Positions 1 to 10,076 of a stretch of DNA of 64,000 bases are shown piece by piece; position 1 is the stretch's first letter; every line of letters begins with the position of its first letter. The notes beneath the pieces are model-generated. The model worked only from the letters and a program-made list of their open reading frames with translations. It was not told where the DNA came from and did not search any database. A program made the position numbers and the translations under genes. Source of the DNA: Candidatus Acidiferrum sp. (GTDB lineage: Bacteria; Acidobacteriota; Terriglobia; Acidiferrales; UBA7541); contig DATFTB010000100.1 in NCBI GenBank assembly GCA_035262325.1, positions 9,340-73,339 of the forward strand, read 5' to 3'.

Positions 1-1
1 A

Positions 2-172
2 AACATAATCGTCCGCGTCGAGTTCAATTTGTACTACGTGAAGGACGAAAAGCTGGTGTGGAGCGGGGAGAGCGACACCGTGTATTCGAAGGATTTCGAA
101 AAGCTCGGCAGAGACTATGCCAAGACCCTGGTGAACCAGCTCAAGCGCGACGGCGTAATCAAAAAGAAGTAA
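2..172 (+). CDS. 3' end of a hypothetical protein (truncated by window edge), possibly DUF4136-like
   Basis: Frame 2 is open from the edge: NIIVRVEFNLYYVKDEKLVWSGESDTVYSKDFEKLGRDYAKTLVNQLKRDGVIKKK, with TAA at 170-172; not in the ORF track. Confidence 0.6.
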   Translation, partial: NIIVRVEFNLYYVKDEKLVWSGESDTVYSKDFEKLGRDYAKTLVNQLKRDGVIKKK

Positions 173-181
173 AGCGAGACT

Positions 182-808
182 CTAGTGGCGAAGCACCAGC
201 GTACTGGCAATCATGTCGTGCAGGGCCTGACGCCGCTCGGTGAAACCCGCCATAACAAAGCCGATTCCGAGGGGAATCAGCCCGCTGACAATCTTGCCGA
301 AAAAGCGCCCCGTGGCACGGCCAAACGTGACTCGCTGTCCCGCTAAGTCAGTCACATAAATCCCCAGGGCCTGTTTTCCCCAGGTCGCCTGTTTCTCGCC
401 GCTCTCGAGATACGCGAAGTAGAGCCACTTGGCCACCGCGGCAATCGCCGCCAGGGTGAGTATCAGGCTCAAAAGAGCCATAAACTGCGCCGGGTCAACC
501 CGTTCGACGTGTCCGCGGGGCAGGGTTTCAAGCATCGCAACGCCGCCCATCAGAAAGAAGAAAGGAACGAACAGAACCGTGACGGCAAAACCGATAATGG
601 CGGAATCCAATAAGTAGGCCACAAGGCGCAGCCAGAATCCCGCAAAGGTTACATTGGACGCGTAAACGATTGCCCCAACCCCCGCGTGCGGGGACACGCT
701 TCCCCCAGAGGGGACGAGGACTGCAGCCGCCCTGGTTACCGGTGTGCCGCAGGACTGGCAGAACACGGCATCCTCGGCGAGTACCGCACCACACTTGGAA
801 CAGTACAA
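182..808 (-). CDS. RDD family membrane protein with N-terminal zinc ribbon
   Basis: CSKC...CQSC ribbon; AGFWLRLVAYLLD and RQALHDMIAST RDD motifs; TTG start at 808 preceded by AGGAGG. Confidence 0.88.
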   Translation of the reverse strand: MYCSKCGAVLAEDAVFCQSCGTPVTRAAAVLVPSGGSVSPHAGVGAIVYASNVTFAGFWLRLVAYLLDSAIIGFAVTVLFVPFFFLMGGVAMLETLPRGHVERVDPAQFMALLSLILTLAAIAAVAKWLYFAYLESGEKQATWGKQALGIYVTDLAGQRVTFGRATGRFFGKIVSGLIPLGIGFVMAGFTERRQALHDMIASTLVLRH

Positions 809-886
809 AGTGAGCCTCCTGCGATCGGGAGAAAAGATTCCCAACGGTCGTTATTGCCAGCAAGTCCGGTTCGTAAGGGGAAAGCT

Positions 887-2473
887 TTATTCACAACCCT
901 CCTGTTGGAATTGCTCGAGCCGCCTGTGCGCCTCCGGATTCCCCTTGCGAGCCGCTGCGGCCAGAAGGATCCGCGTCTGGTCACAGTTTTTCGGGACTCC
1001 CCTGCCATGCCAGTACAAATCCGCCAGCGCGATTTCGGCGTAGGGGTTTCCCTTCTCGACGGAGATCCAAAGCAGCTGGACAGCTTCGCCTGTACCGACG
1101 CCGGAATTTGCTCGGAGAAGCTGTTCTGCCTGCAAATATTCCGACTGGCCGGGGTCCCGCGAGCCCGCCGAGGTACCCGGAGAGGAATTGGTCGCGGGAG
1201 GTGAATGGGAAGGCGGAGGGTCGGCGGCCGACGCTGGAGTCGAATCCGCAGCCGGCGGCTCCTGAATCGCGGGCTCGGTGGACGCGGGAACAGAGGGAGA
1301 GTGGGGTGAGTCAGGGGCAGACGCAGCAGTTGCCGAGGGCTCGGACGGGTGCACTGAAACCGGGGCATTCGCAGACGACGGCAACGTTCTTTCGGACTTG
1401 CCACCCATCCTTTCTCCGAGCCAGATCAGGCCCTGGCCAACTTCGCCGTGAAAAACGTAAATGCCCACCGTAAGGGCAAGAATGAACATGATTGAAATGG
1501 CGCTCGACAAGGTGAGGTCTTCCGTCCACGGCAAGCGGGGCTCGGCGGCCTGTCCGTCCAGACCGGGCAAGTGCTGGCGAGGAGCTTTTGCCGGCCCTGA
1601 TGAAATCCCGGCAGGTTGCATCAAGATGGAGGAAATATCGGGCACGTTCGGATCGCGTTCAGGGGGCTCAGAGTCTTCGAGCGCCTCGGCCTCGGAGGTC
1701 GGTGACGAGCTGTGCGGCATGCGCCACCGGCGTTCGATCATGAAGGAAACGGAACTCGCCGCGGCTGCCGGGTTAGCTTCTCGCGCGAACGGGGGAAAGC
1801 CTGGCTCGGAGTTTTCCTCGGAGAAGGCAGCGACAGCTTCCGGCGCAAAGGCCGGCTCGGTGTTTTCTTCGGAAACGACAGGGTGCTCGACAGCTTCCGG
1901 CGGAAACGCAACGTCTTCGGGGGCCGAGCGCTGGTCATCTGGCCGTTGGGTCGACGACTGGTCTTCGCTCGATTGCGGCGCTGGCCCAGCCAGCACCTTT
2001 TTGGCGTCCGATGCGGACGGCTCTTCCTTCTTCGGAGGAACCGGGCGCGGCGGGGCTGTGCGCATTTCCTCGCGCAACGCTTCCATCGTCGGGGCCGGAG
2101 GATGCGGGATCGCCGCGTCTTGCTCCTCGGTCGATGGTTCGTCGGAGCGGAGCAGCCACTCATCGATCTTGTCGCGGGCGCTCGCGGGAATCTCGACGAA
2201 TTTCACGCCGGCGATCCGGCCATTCTCTTCGATCCACTCGACCACACCCTCGCCTTCGATGCGCGTAAATTCATCCAGAGAAAAGACAAAGGAGGTTTGC
2301 TGACCGGCGCGTAACGGGATCATGGCGCGCATGGCGAAACCATCCTCGGAAAGGTCGCGCATCATCCCGCCGTTGGCGGAAGGCAGCTCAACATAGACAA
2401 GGCTCAGCGGTTTCTTTCGCAGCTTTTTTCGTCGTTCGCCGTCTACCGTCATAGTGGATTCGGATGAGTGCAT
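887..2473 (-). CDS. PilZ domain / Pro-rich linker / TM helix / C-terminal Sel1-repeat protein
   Basis: RRKKLR and DLSEDG PilZ motifs; one TM segment (AISIMFILALTVGIYVF); Sel1-like LADLYWHGRGVPKN. Confidence 0.82.
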   Translation of the reverse strand: MHSSESTMTVDGERRKKLRKKPLSLVYVELPSANGGMMRDLSEDGFAMRAMIPLRAGQQTSFVFSLDEFTRIEGEGVVEWIEENGRIAGVKFVEIPASARDKIDEWLLRSDEPSTEEQDAAIPHPPAPTMEALREEMRTAPPRPVPPKKEEPSASDAKKVLAGPAPQSSEDQSSTQRPDDQRSAPEDVAFPPEAVEHPVVSEENTEPAFAPEAVAAFSEENSEPGFPPFAREANPAAAASSVSFMIERRWRMPHSSSPTSEAEALEDSEPPERDPNVPDISSILMQPAGISSGPAKAPRQHLPGLDGQAAEPRLPWTEDLTLSSAISIMFILALTVGIYVFHGEVGQGLIWLGERMGGKSERTLPSSANAPVSVHPSEPSATAASAPDSPHSPSVPASTEPAIQEPPAADSTPASAADPPPSHSPPATNSSPGTSAGSRDPGQSEYLQAEQLLRANSGVGTGEAVQLLWISVEKGNPYAEIALADLYWHGRGVPKNCDQTRILLAAAARKGNPEAHRRLEQFQQEGCE

Positions 2474-2651
2474 TTTATCGCGTCCGCCGGGAATTTAGGT
2501 AGATAGGAATGTTGCAACTAGTGCACATCGCGCGGGGTAGGGAGTCATGTGACCAGCTGCAACATCCCGGGGCGCGCATCAAGACCGATCCTTGAAATGT
2601 TCATGTCGCGGCCAGGGATCGGTGGTAACATTTGAGCGGTTTATCCCGCCC

Positions 2652-2678
2652 GGAACCGCCACGGCAAACAGAGTCGTA
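2652..2678 (+). promoter_or_regulatory. putative ECF sigma-factor promoter
   Basis: GGAACC-N17-CGTA about 30 nt upstream of the ATG at 2710; resembles common ECF -35/-10 consensus. Confidence 0.35.
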
Positions 2679-2709
2679 TTCATCGAATTTCTCGGCAAGG
2701 AGACCGGCC

Positions 2710-3576
2710 ATGCGTTGGACACCCGGCGGAACCAGTGATGACATAGAGGATCGCCGCGATCAATCCGGCGGCGGAGGCGGCTTCGGTTTCGGCGGTATGC
2801 GGCTTGGCCTGGGCGGGCTGTTGATCCTGTTTGTGCTGAGTCTCATCTTTAGGCAAAACTTCTTTGCGCTGTTGGGCGGAGGCGAAGGGCCCTCGACCGG
2901 CTCGACGGTCGGTGGGCCGCCTGACACGGCGAGAGACGAAGCAGAGAAGCCGCTGGTGCAGTTTGTTTCTTTCGTGCTCGACGACACCCAGAAGACGTGG
3001 GAGCAGCTTTTGCCTCAGCAGGCAGGAGTGCCTTATCGCCACGCGAAGCTCGTGCTCTTTCGCAATTCCACTGCATCGGGGTGCGGCGGAGCAGAGTCGG
3101 CAACAGGCCCGTTTTATTGCCCGGCCGATGAGAAGGTCTATATCGATCTGGGTTTTTACGATGAGTTGAAGCAGCGCTTTGGCGCACCCGGAGAGTTCGC
3201 GCAGGCTTATGTGCTCGCGCACGAGGTGGGGCATCACGTCCAGAAAATAACCGGGGTTGAGCGCCAGGTCCGGCAATTGCAGCAAAGCAGTCCCCAGTCG
3301 GGCAATCGACTCTCGGTGATGATGGAATTGCAGGCCGACTGCCTGGCAGGAGTTTGGGCGCATTCCACTCAGCAGCGCGGCCTGCTCGAACGTGGCGACG
3401 TGGAATCCGCGTTGGGAGCAGCTGCCGCGGTGGGCGACGATCACATCCAGAAGATGATGCGCGGCCAAGTGCAGCCCGAAACGTTTACGCATGGGAGTTC
3501 GGAGCAGCGAATGCATTGGTTCACGCAAGGCTTGAGCAGCGGCTCCATCGCGGGATGCAACACGTTTTCCCAATAG
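2710..3576 (+). CDS. neutral zinc metallopeptidase (YpfJ-like)
   Basis: MRW...IEDRR start, GPFYCPAD, AHEVGHHVQ (HExxH), ELQADCLAG, FTHGSSEQR; AAGGAG RBS. Confidence 0.93.
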   Translation: MRWTPGGTSDDIEDRRDQSGGGGGFGFGGMRLGLGGLLILFVLSLIFRQNFFALLGGGEGPSTGSTVGGPPDTARDEAEKPLVQFVSFVLDDTQKTWEQLLPQQAGVPYRHAKLVLFRNSTASGCGGAESATGPFYCPADEKVYIDLGFYDELKQRFGAPGEFAQAYVLAHEVGHHVQKITGVERQVRQLQQSSPQSGNRLSVMMELQADCLAGVWAHSTQQRGLLERGDVESALGAAAAVGDDHIQKMMRGQVQPETFTHGSSEQRMHWFTQGLSSGSIAGCNTFSQ

Positions 3577-3625
3577 AGTAGCTGACATTTTGGACGGCGG
3601 GTCAGCCGGCTGTTCATCGTTTGCA

Positions 3626-5356
3626 TCACGTAGAGGGCAGAGGGCTGCCGGGGCCGGGAACGCCCGGATCGCGGATCTTCTCGATTGCGGCTCTAGCCGC
3701 TTTGGACTTCTCCGGGTCCACCCACGAGTCTTTCGTAACCAAAGTCGTTTGCGTCGGAAGCGCAAGCACGGCACCGGCCTTTTCGAGTTCATCCATCACC
3801 TGAAGAAGAAGCGCTTCCTGGGTCGCAAGGTAGGCGCTGAATTCCGGCTCCAGAATGTAGGCAAAAATTTCGATTTCCAGCGCGTATTCGGCAAAGCGGA
3901 GGAAGCGCACACGCGCGGAGGAATCTTCCACCTTGGGATTCTCGCGAAGAAGTTCCCGGATCTCCCTGAGAACATAACGAACGTGATCGGGCGAGAGGTC
4001 GTAGCGCAAGCGAATGACCTGCTGGCAAAGAAACTTGTCGCGAAAACGGAGATTCTCGATCGTGGAGCTCGCCAGAACGCCGTTGGGTATGGAAAGCACA
4101 GTGCGTTCTGGCGTGCGCAGCCGGGTGGAGCGAAGGCCGATGTCCTCGACGATACCGACCTGACTGTTTATCCTGCAGACGTCCCCGACGACGATGACCT
4201 TGTCAAACAGAATCGAAACGCCGCCAAACATGTTTTCAAATGTCTTTTGTGCGCCGAGACCGAGGGCCAGGCCGCCGATGCCTACACCCGCGAGTGCCGT
4301 GCTGACATCGACGCCCAGGGTTTTCAGGACCGTGAGACTCACGAAAAGGAAAACGACGACTTCCACAAAGCGGCGCACCAGCGAAACGATGGAGCGCTCG
4401 GCGTACAAGCCTCGATGGCCAAGGCTCGCTCCCACGCGCCGTGAAATCGCGCGCGTAGCGGTAGCCACAATCCAGTAAAAAGCAGCCGCGACCAGGATGA
4501 GAATAATTCTTCGGTAATACAAGCGATAAAGAATCGATGTGCCGATGTAACTGACGAACCGGTAATGGATAAAAATGGCCAGACAGAGCGTGATCGGGTC
4601 CGGCCGGAGAAACGGCTGGCGGGGGCCGAGAGTTAACCCGCGTTGCTTGGCGCGGAATCGCACGAGGGTCTGGACGAAAAAGGTAAGGAGGCGCGCGAGG
4701 AACAGGGCGACCGGAGCGAAGAGCAGAAGGGCAAGCCACTGCCAGAGAGGCATGGCCATGAAACGATTTATGATAAGCGTCCGAGGGATGTTCTTCTCGA
4801 GCGCCGGAAATTGCACACTTTCGAAGACCTCCGGCACGCGGTCGAGAGTTTTGCGAGAGATGTACCAGAGCTTGCGTCCCTGTTCGTCTTCGACGCGAAC
4901 GAGAAGAATCGGGAAGTCTTCACTCAGGCCACGGACTCCGCCAATCTGCTCCTGGTCTGCCGGCAAGCCGTCGTCGAGATGGCCCAGCGGGTCGTTGCTG
5001 AGGGAATCCAAGGGACCCGAGAATTTCAAACTGAGGATTGTAAATAACTGTGAAGCGAGGTTTTCTTCATCCGCAGTCGAAGGCCGATGGCGAGCCGTGG
5101 AAGGTTGGAAATACCGAATGGCCACGTTGTATCGCTCTTCGCCCGCGGCCTTAATGAAACCGAGAAGGCTGCCTTTCGGGGTTTCGCGCTTTAGTGGATC
5201 CGGCGGCGGGGAGGCTTGCGCCGGCGCGCTGGCCGCCGGCGAGAGAATACTAGGGACTTGCGCGTTGGCGAGGCGCGCCACAAGCAGGCAATAAATGAAA
5301 ACCAGAATCAGCCGGAATGCGCGACAGAAAAACATGGATCGTGCTCCGAAGACCAC
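3626..5356 (-). CDS. MscS-family mechanosensitive channel with extended periplasmic N-terminus
   Basis: GIGGLALGLGAQ, GDVC, GIVEDIGLRSTRLRT, IPNG motifs. Confidence 0.92.
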   Translation of the reverse strand: MVFGARSMFFCRAFRLILVFIYCLLVARLANAQVPSILSPAASAPAQASPPPDPLKRETPKGSLLGFIKAAGEERYNVAIRYFQPSTARHRPSTADEENLASQLFTILSLKFSGPLDSLSNDPLGHLDDGLPADQEQIGGVRGLSEDFPILLVRVEDEQGRKLWYISRKTLDRVPEVFESVQFPALEKNIPRTLIINRFMAMPLWQWLALLLFAPVALFLARLLTFFVQTLVRFRAKQRGLTLGPRQPFLRPDPITLCLAIFIHYRFVSYIGTSILYRLYYRRIILILVAAAFYWIVATATRAISRRVGASLGHRGLYAERSIVSLVRRFVEVVVFLFVSLTVLKTLGVDVSTALAGVGIGGLALGLGAQKTFENMFGGVSILFDKVIVVGDVCRINSQVGIVEDIGLRSTRLRTPERTVLSIPNGVLASSTIENLRFRDKFLCQQVIRLRYDLSPDHVRYVLREIRELLRENPKVEDSSARVRFLRFAEYALEIEIFAYILEPEFSAYLATQEALLLQVMDELEKAGAVLALPTQTTLVTKDSWVDPEKSKAARAAIEKIRDPGVPGPGSPLPST

Positions 5357-5357
5357 T

Positions 5358-6551
5358 TCATTCTAGCTGTTGGGCCCGCGCAATTGAAGGCATGGCAGAG
5401 GCGGGGAAGGCAAGACGCTCCTGATGCTGCCGCAGGAGGAATTGGTCGGTCATACCCGCGATGTAATCGCAGACGACGACATGACGCGGCACATCGCCGA
5501 CCATCGCCTCATAAGACCCGGGCATTGTACCCCCTTGGTGCAAATAGAACGCAAAGAGCTCCTCAAGGCAACGGATCGAGCGCTCGCAATCCTCGGTGAT
5601 TAGCGGATGGTTGTAAATATGGGCAAACAGGAAGCCCTTCAGCAGCGCGTTCTGGTTGCGGGCAGTATCACTGAACCGCGCCAGGCGAGCCGGTGCGCGC
5701 CGGATCTCTTCCGGCGATTCGATGTGCGCTTCGAACACCAGTCGCTGCGTGCTGGTGATCAAATCGCTCGCCAAATGATCGAGCACGTGGCGCAAGGCCT
5801 CGTTAAATTTGAGTTTGACGCGTGCGCTTGGGTGCTGGGCATCGACCCTGGCGTAAAGCTCGCCGAAGAAAGGAACTTCCTGGCAAAGCATCTCGAGGTC
5901 GAGGAGGTTGGCTTCGAGAGCATCGTCTAGATCGGCGGTGTTGTAGGCAATCTCGTCCACCCAGTCGATCAATTGTGATTCGAGAGGAGGACGGAGATCG
6001 AGCAGGTACTCGCCAAGTTCAGGAAATTGCTCGGGGGGATAGTCGCGGGAGTGCTTAATAATGCCCTCACGCACTTCGAAGGTGAGATTCAGGCCGTTAA
6101 ATCCAAGGTAGCGGTGCTCGAACTGCTCGACGATGCGCAGCGCGTGGAGGTTGTGATTAAAGCGGCCGCCGTAGACGCGCATTAGTTCGTCGAGTTTGCG
6201 TTCACCGGCGTGCCCAAACGGCGGGTGGCCGATGTCGTGGACGAGTGCAAGCGCTTCAACAAGTTCCGAGTTCAGCCCGAGCGCTCCGGCAACCGTACGT
6301 GCAATCTGGGAGACTTCGAGCGTGTGGGTGAGCCGGTTCCGGAAGTGGTCCGAGAAGCGCGCGGTGAAGACTTGTGTCTTGGCTTCAAGCCGCCGGAAGG
6401 CACGGGAATGAACGATGCGGTCGCGGTCGCGGGCGTATTCGCTGCGATAGGGATGCGGCTGTTCGGGGTGGCGGCGTCCGAGAGATTTGGCCGCCTGCAT
6501 GGCCCAAGGTACGGGAGCGCTTGGCGTTTCGATGGCCGAAACCTCCGCCAA
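5358..6551 (-). CDS. dgt: deoxyguanosinetriphosphate triphosphohydrolase (HD domain)
   Basis: RDRDRIVHSRAFRRL, RNRLTHTLEV, HDIGHPPFGHAGE, DYIAGMTD; start taken as TTG 6551 (uncertain). Confidence 0.93.
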   Translation of the reverse strand: MAEVSAIETPSAPVPWAMQAAKSLGRRHPEQPHPYRSEYARDRDRIVHSRAFRRLEAKTQVFTARFSDHFRNRLTHTLEVSQIARTVAGALGLNSELVEALALVHDIGHPPFGHAGERKLDELMRVYGGRFNHNLHALRIVEQFEHRYLGFNGLNLTFEVREGIIKHSRDYPPEQFPELGEYLLDLRPPLESQLIDWVDEIAYNTADLDDALEANLLDLEMLCQEVPFFGELYARVDAQHPSARVKLKFNEALRHVLDHLASDLITSTQRLVFEAHIESPEEIRRAPARLARFSDTARNQNALLKGFLFAHIYNHPLITEDCERSIRCLEELFAFYLHQGGTMPGSYEAMVGDVPRHVVVCDYIAGMTDQFLLRQHQERLAFPASAMPSIARAQQLE

Positions 6552-6573
6552 CGGTTGCGTGCGGCCCCTTGAA

Positions 6574-7296
6574 TCAGGACTTCGGAGTGAGCATTTCCAG
6601 TCCGCGGTCCGCTTCGTCAGCAACCGAAGTGTTGGGGTAATCCTTCTTGAGCCGTTCGTAGAGCGCCGTGGCCTGCTTAGGATCGGATTGGCGAAGGATA
6701 CTCCCGAGTTCGAGCAGCACCATGGGCTTCGGAACCAGGATCGAGTCTGTCGTGGAAAGGGTCCGCAGGGTCTTCTCGGCTTCAGCCATATTCCCGGAGC
6801 GTTCCGCGATCAGCGCCGACTGGAACTGCGCGAGCGCGGCGAGCTCCTTGTCGGAACCTGCGTTCAACTTCTTCAGCTCTTCGGAGGCCTGATTGAGGCG
6901 ATCCAAATCCATCAGGCACAACGCCGAGTAGTAGCGCGCCAGTTTGCCCGGGTTTGTGCCAGGATATTTTGAAGCGACCGCCGCAAATTTCACCTGCGCA
7001 TCCTGGGAACGCTGAGCCGCTTCCTTGTACGCGGGTTCACCGGGCAGAGCGGGCTGGCCGGCGGTGACGAGGGGCGCCTGATACACCTTTACGGCCTCGT
7101 CGAACGCCACTTGTGCCTGATCATTCTGGCGGGTCGAGTAAAACCTCCAGCCGAGATAGCCCGCGGCGATCACAATAACGGCGAGAAGGGCGATTGCTGC
7201 CAGGCGGGTGTGGGAAAGAACGGCTTCTGCGCCATGCTCAAAGGTTTCCCGAACTTTGTCCTGCTTCAGTTCCTTGCGCGAAATATGCTCAGCCAC
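6574..7296 (-). CDS. membrane-anchored TPR protein (YfgM-like)
   Basis: HISRKELKQD, one TM helix, then TPR-like helices ending YPNT; GTG start at 7296. Confidence 0.8.
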   Translation of the reverse strand: MAEHISRKELKQDKVRETFEHGAEAVLSHTRLAAIALLAVIVIAAGYLGWRFYSTRQNDQAQVAFDEAVKVYQAPLVTAGQPALPGEPAYKEAAQRSQDAQVKFAAVASKYPGTNPGKLARYYSALCLMDLDRLNQASEELKKLNAGSDKELAALAQFQSALIAERSGNMAEAEKTLRTLSTTDSILVPKPMVLLELGSILRQSDPKQATALYERLKKDYPNTSVADEADRGLEMLTPKS

Positions 7297-7433
7297 AGTC
7301 GGTCTCCTGCCAGATATGCAATTCTTTATCGTAACATAAGTGCGGCGCCAGGGCGCCCAAAGCGCGGTAACCCTTGTTGCAAAAGTGGTGTCAATACACC
7401 TCGCCACGACGACAGACGTGCTAGTTTAGAAAC

Positions 7434-7967
7434 ATGCAGGCTGGATGCGTCCATTGCGGCCAACAACATCTGCTGAAAGATGAGGTCGTGGCAAAGCACG
7501 CCAAGGTGCAGTTTCGCTGCACCCGGTGCGACAAGACCACCATTGTCGAACTGAAGCGGCGCACCGACGAAACCGTGGTCATCTCCCCCATGCCGTCCTT
7601 TGCCCGGGCGGACGCTTCGACACAAAACCTGCGTCTTCCGCCCGCGGACGAAAGCTTGAATCTTCCTGCTGGCGTGAGCGTGGTCCTAACCGTGGAAAGC
7701 GGGCCGGAGCGGGGCAAGTCCTTCACCCTGGCGAACCCGCGCACCGTGCTGGGCCGGAAGGGTGCTGACATCGCGCTCGAGGATCCCGAGATTTCCCGCC
7801 ATCACTGCGTCCTCGAAGTCCGGGACCAGGTGGTCAACCTGAAGGATCTTGATTCGACCAACGGAACGTTTTTTGCGGAAGAGCGGGTGCGCGCGGCCAT
7901 GTTGCGCAACGGCGACTTCTTCCGCGCCGGAAGCAGTACCATCCGAGTGTCCTTTCAGCCCAGGTGA
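7434..7967 (+). CDS. zinc-ribbon + FHA domain protein
   Basis: CVHC...CTRC N-terminus; FHA signatures LGR, ISRHH, DLDSTNGT. Confidence 0.88.
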   Translation: MQAGCVHCGQQHLLKDEVVAKHAKVQFRCTRCDKTTIVELKRRTDETVVISPMPSFARADASTQNLRLPPADESLNLPAGVSVVLTVESGPERGKSFTLANPRTVLGRKGADIALEDPEISRHHCVLEVRDQVVNLKDLDSTNGTFFAEERVRAAMLRNGDFFRAGSSTIRVSFQPR

Positions 7968-8044
7968 CACCGAGCCGCGGAACGTGCGCGCCCTTGCTGG
8001 GGGTAAGATACTCACGCGGGCTTGAGGGCCACTCCGCAAAAACG

Positions 8045-8821
8045 ATGAACCGCCTCTCTGTCTGCGTCATCGCCCAAAACGAGCAGGAGAATCTTCCGCG
8101 GCTGCTAAAGTCTGTCGAAGGCATCGCCGACGAGGTCGTGGTGGTGGACGGCGGCAGCACGGATCGAACCAGTGAGGTCGCACGGGAATTTGGCGCCAAG
8201 GTGTTCCCGCGCGCGTTTACCAATTTCGCCGAGCAGAAGAACTTCGCGGCTTCGCTGGCTTCCAATGATTGGATTTTCATGCTGGATGCCGACGAAGAGC
8301 TCAGTGGGGAACTGAAGCAGTCCGTAATTGAATGGAAAGCCGGAAAACCGGAGTTCCGCGTATACGAAATGCCGCGGTTGACCTGGTATTTGGGCGCGTG
8401 GATTCATCATTCGCACTGGTATCCCGACTGGCAGCGGCGCATGTACCGGCGTGACCAGGCGGCTTTCGCGGGGACCGTTCACGAGGCGCTGCGCTTCGCC
8501 GGCCAGCCCGGGCGACTGCGCGGAGACCTGCTGCATTACACCATGAGCGATTTTGCCGAGCACGAGGAAAAACTCGAGCGCTATACCACCGCTCTGGCAC
8601 GGCAGATGTTTTCACAGGGGAAACGCCGTTGGCGTGGCGCGATGTGGGTTGCGGCGCCCTGGAGCTGGGTCCGGCACTTCTTCCTGGGAGCCGGCTTTCT
8701 CGATGGCTACCGCGGCGCCCTGATCGCAAAAATGTCCGCGCGAGGCGTGTGGCTCAAATTCAAGAAGCTGGGTGAACTGGTCGAAGCCGAGAAGCGCGCA
8801 AAAAGTCAGGGTGCCACGTGA
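8045..8821 (+). CDS. glycosyltransferase family 2 (WaaE/KdtX-like)
   Basis: VVDGGSTDRT, QKNFA, LDADE, VHE, GFLDG. Confidence 0.92.
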   Translation: MNRLSVCVIAQNEQENLPRLLKSVEGIADEVVVVDGGSTDRTSEVAREFGAKVFPRAFTNFAEQKNFAASLASNDWIFMLDADEELSGELKQSVIEWKAGKPEFRVYEMPRLTWYLGAWIHHSHWYPDWQRRMYRRDQAAFAGTVHEALRFAGQPGRLRGDLLHYTMSDFAEHEEKLERYTTALARQMFSQGKRRWRGAMWVAAPWSWVRHFFLGAGFLDGYRGALIAKMSARGVWLKFKKLGELVEAEKRAKSQGAT

Positions 8822-9900
8822 TACCGCTCTTCGTGGACCTCGACCGAGAGTGGCGCGGAGGGCAAAGCCAGGCCCTTCTGCTCCTGAAGGGCCTGTGCGA
8901 GCGCGGGCACAGCGCAGAGCTGCTGGCCGTGCGGGGTTCGTTGCTCGCCAAACGCGCACGGAAGGAGAGGGTCTACGTTCACACCGTCGGCAGATCATTG
9001 AGGCGTTTGTACGGCGCAGCGCAAATCAGAAAAATGGTCGCCGAGGGCCGCTTTGACCTGGTCCATGTAAATGAAGCACACGCGTTGAGCGCCGCCTGGC
9101 TGGCGGGCGCCCACAAGCGGCTACCAATGCTGTTGTCCCGCCGGATCGGGTTCCCTCTTCAGAAGAATTGGGTTTCGAACTCGCGCTTCCGTGCGCTGAC
9201 GCGCTTCGTGGCCAATAGCGAGCAGGTTCGGCAGACTCTTCTCGACGCAGGAGTCCCTGCCGAGCGGATCTCCATTGTCAACGAAGGCGTGGAAATCCCG
9301 GAGTTGCCGTCACCCGTGGAGCGGGAAGTGGCGCGAAAAAAGTGGCAGATTGCTGACGGCGAATACCTGTTTGGCTGTGCCGGCGCTTTTGTGCCCGAGA
9401 AGGGCCAGCGGCATTTGGTCGAGGCCCTTGGCGCAATTCGTGGAAAATTCCCACAAGCGCGGCTGCTGCTCACCGGCAAAGGCGAGACTCTAGGCGAGAT
9501 CAAGGAGCTGGTCGAGCGGCTGAACTTGCGGGATATCGTGATCCTGCCGGGTTTTCAAACCCACATGCGCGACTTTTATGCCGGTTTGGATGCCTTTTTG
9601 TTTCCATCGGAATTCGAAGGACTGGGCACGGCACTTCAGACCGCGATGGCCTACGCGCTCCCGGTTGTATCCACGGTGCGTGGAGCGCTCTCGGAAGTGG
9701 TCGAGGATGGCCGAACCGCGATTGTCGCCGAACCAAACCCGGAGCAATTCGCGGCTGCAATGGAACGGCTGTTGCTGGATCGTCAGTTGCAGAAAAAGCT
9801 GGGCGAAGCCGGACGGGAGGAGATCAAGAAGCGTTTTTCGGCCGACCGCATGGTCGAAAGCACGCTCCGAGTTTATGCGCAGGTGCTGCAATCGCCCTAG
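8818..9900 (+). CDS. glycosyltransferase family 4
   Basis: WRGGQ, EKG, PSEFEGLG...AMA GT-B motifs; GTGA overlap with the upstream GT2. Confidence 0.92.
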   Translation: MIPLFVDLDREWRGGQSQALLLLKGLCERGHSAELLAVRGSLLAKRARKERVYVHTVGRSLRRLYGAAQIRKMVAEGRFDLVHVNEAHALSAAWLAGAHKRLPMLLSRRIGFPLQKNWVSNSRFRALTRFVANSEQVRQTLLDAGVPAERISIVNEGVEIPELPSPVEREVARKKWQIADGEYLFGCAGAFVPEKGQRHLVEALGAIRGKFPQARLLLTGKGETLGEIKELVERLNLRDIVILPGFQTHMRDFYAGLDAFLFPSEFEGLGTALQTAMAYALPVVSTVRGALSEVVEDGRTAIVAEPNPEQFAAAMERLLLDRQLQKKLGEAGREEIKKRFSADRMVESTLRVYAQVLQSP

Positions 9901-10076
9901 AGCGGTCACCACCTAGTCTACGGAGCAAAACAGAGCGGGCCCTTCCCAGCAAAAAGGCAAAAGCGCCGAACGGCTCCTTCTCGACCCGCACGGCGCTTCC
10001 CTTTGCGCAAGTAACTGAACTTCCGTAAGAAATATTCCAGCAGTTCCCTCCTATCCGCTTGCCGAAATTCGTCAAG

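Noticed and set aside
2680-3792. Long antisense and alternate-frame ORFs (e.g. 2680-3792, 32726-33739, 33779-34933, 36883-37881, 54009-54866)
   Set aside because: They are shadows of well-supported genes, expected in GC-rich DNA, and carry no recognisable motifs apart from the DUF418 fragment reported separately.
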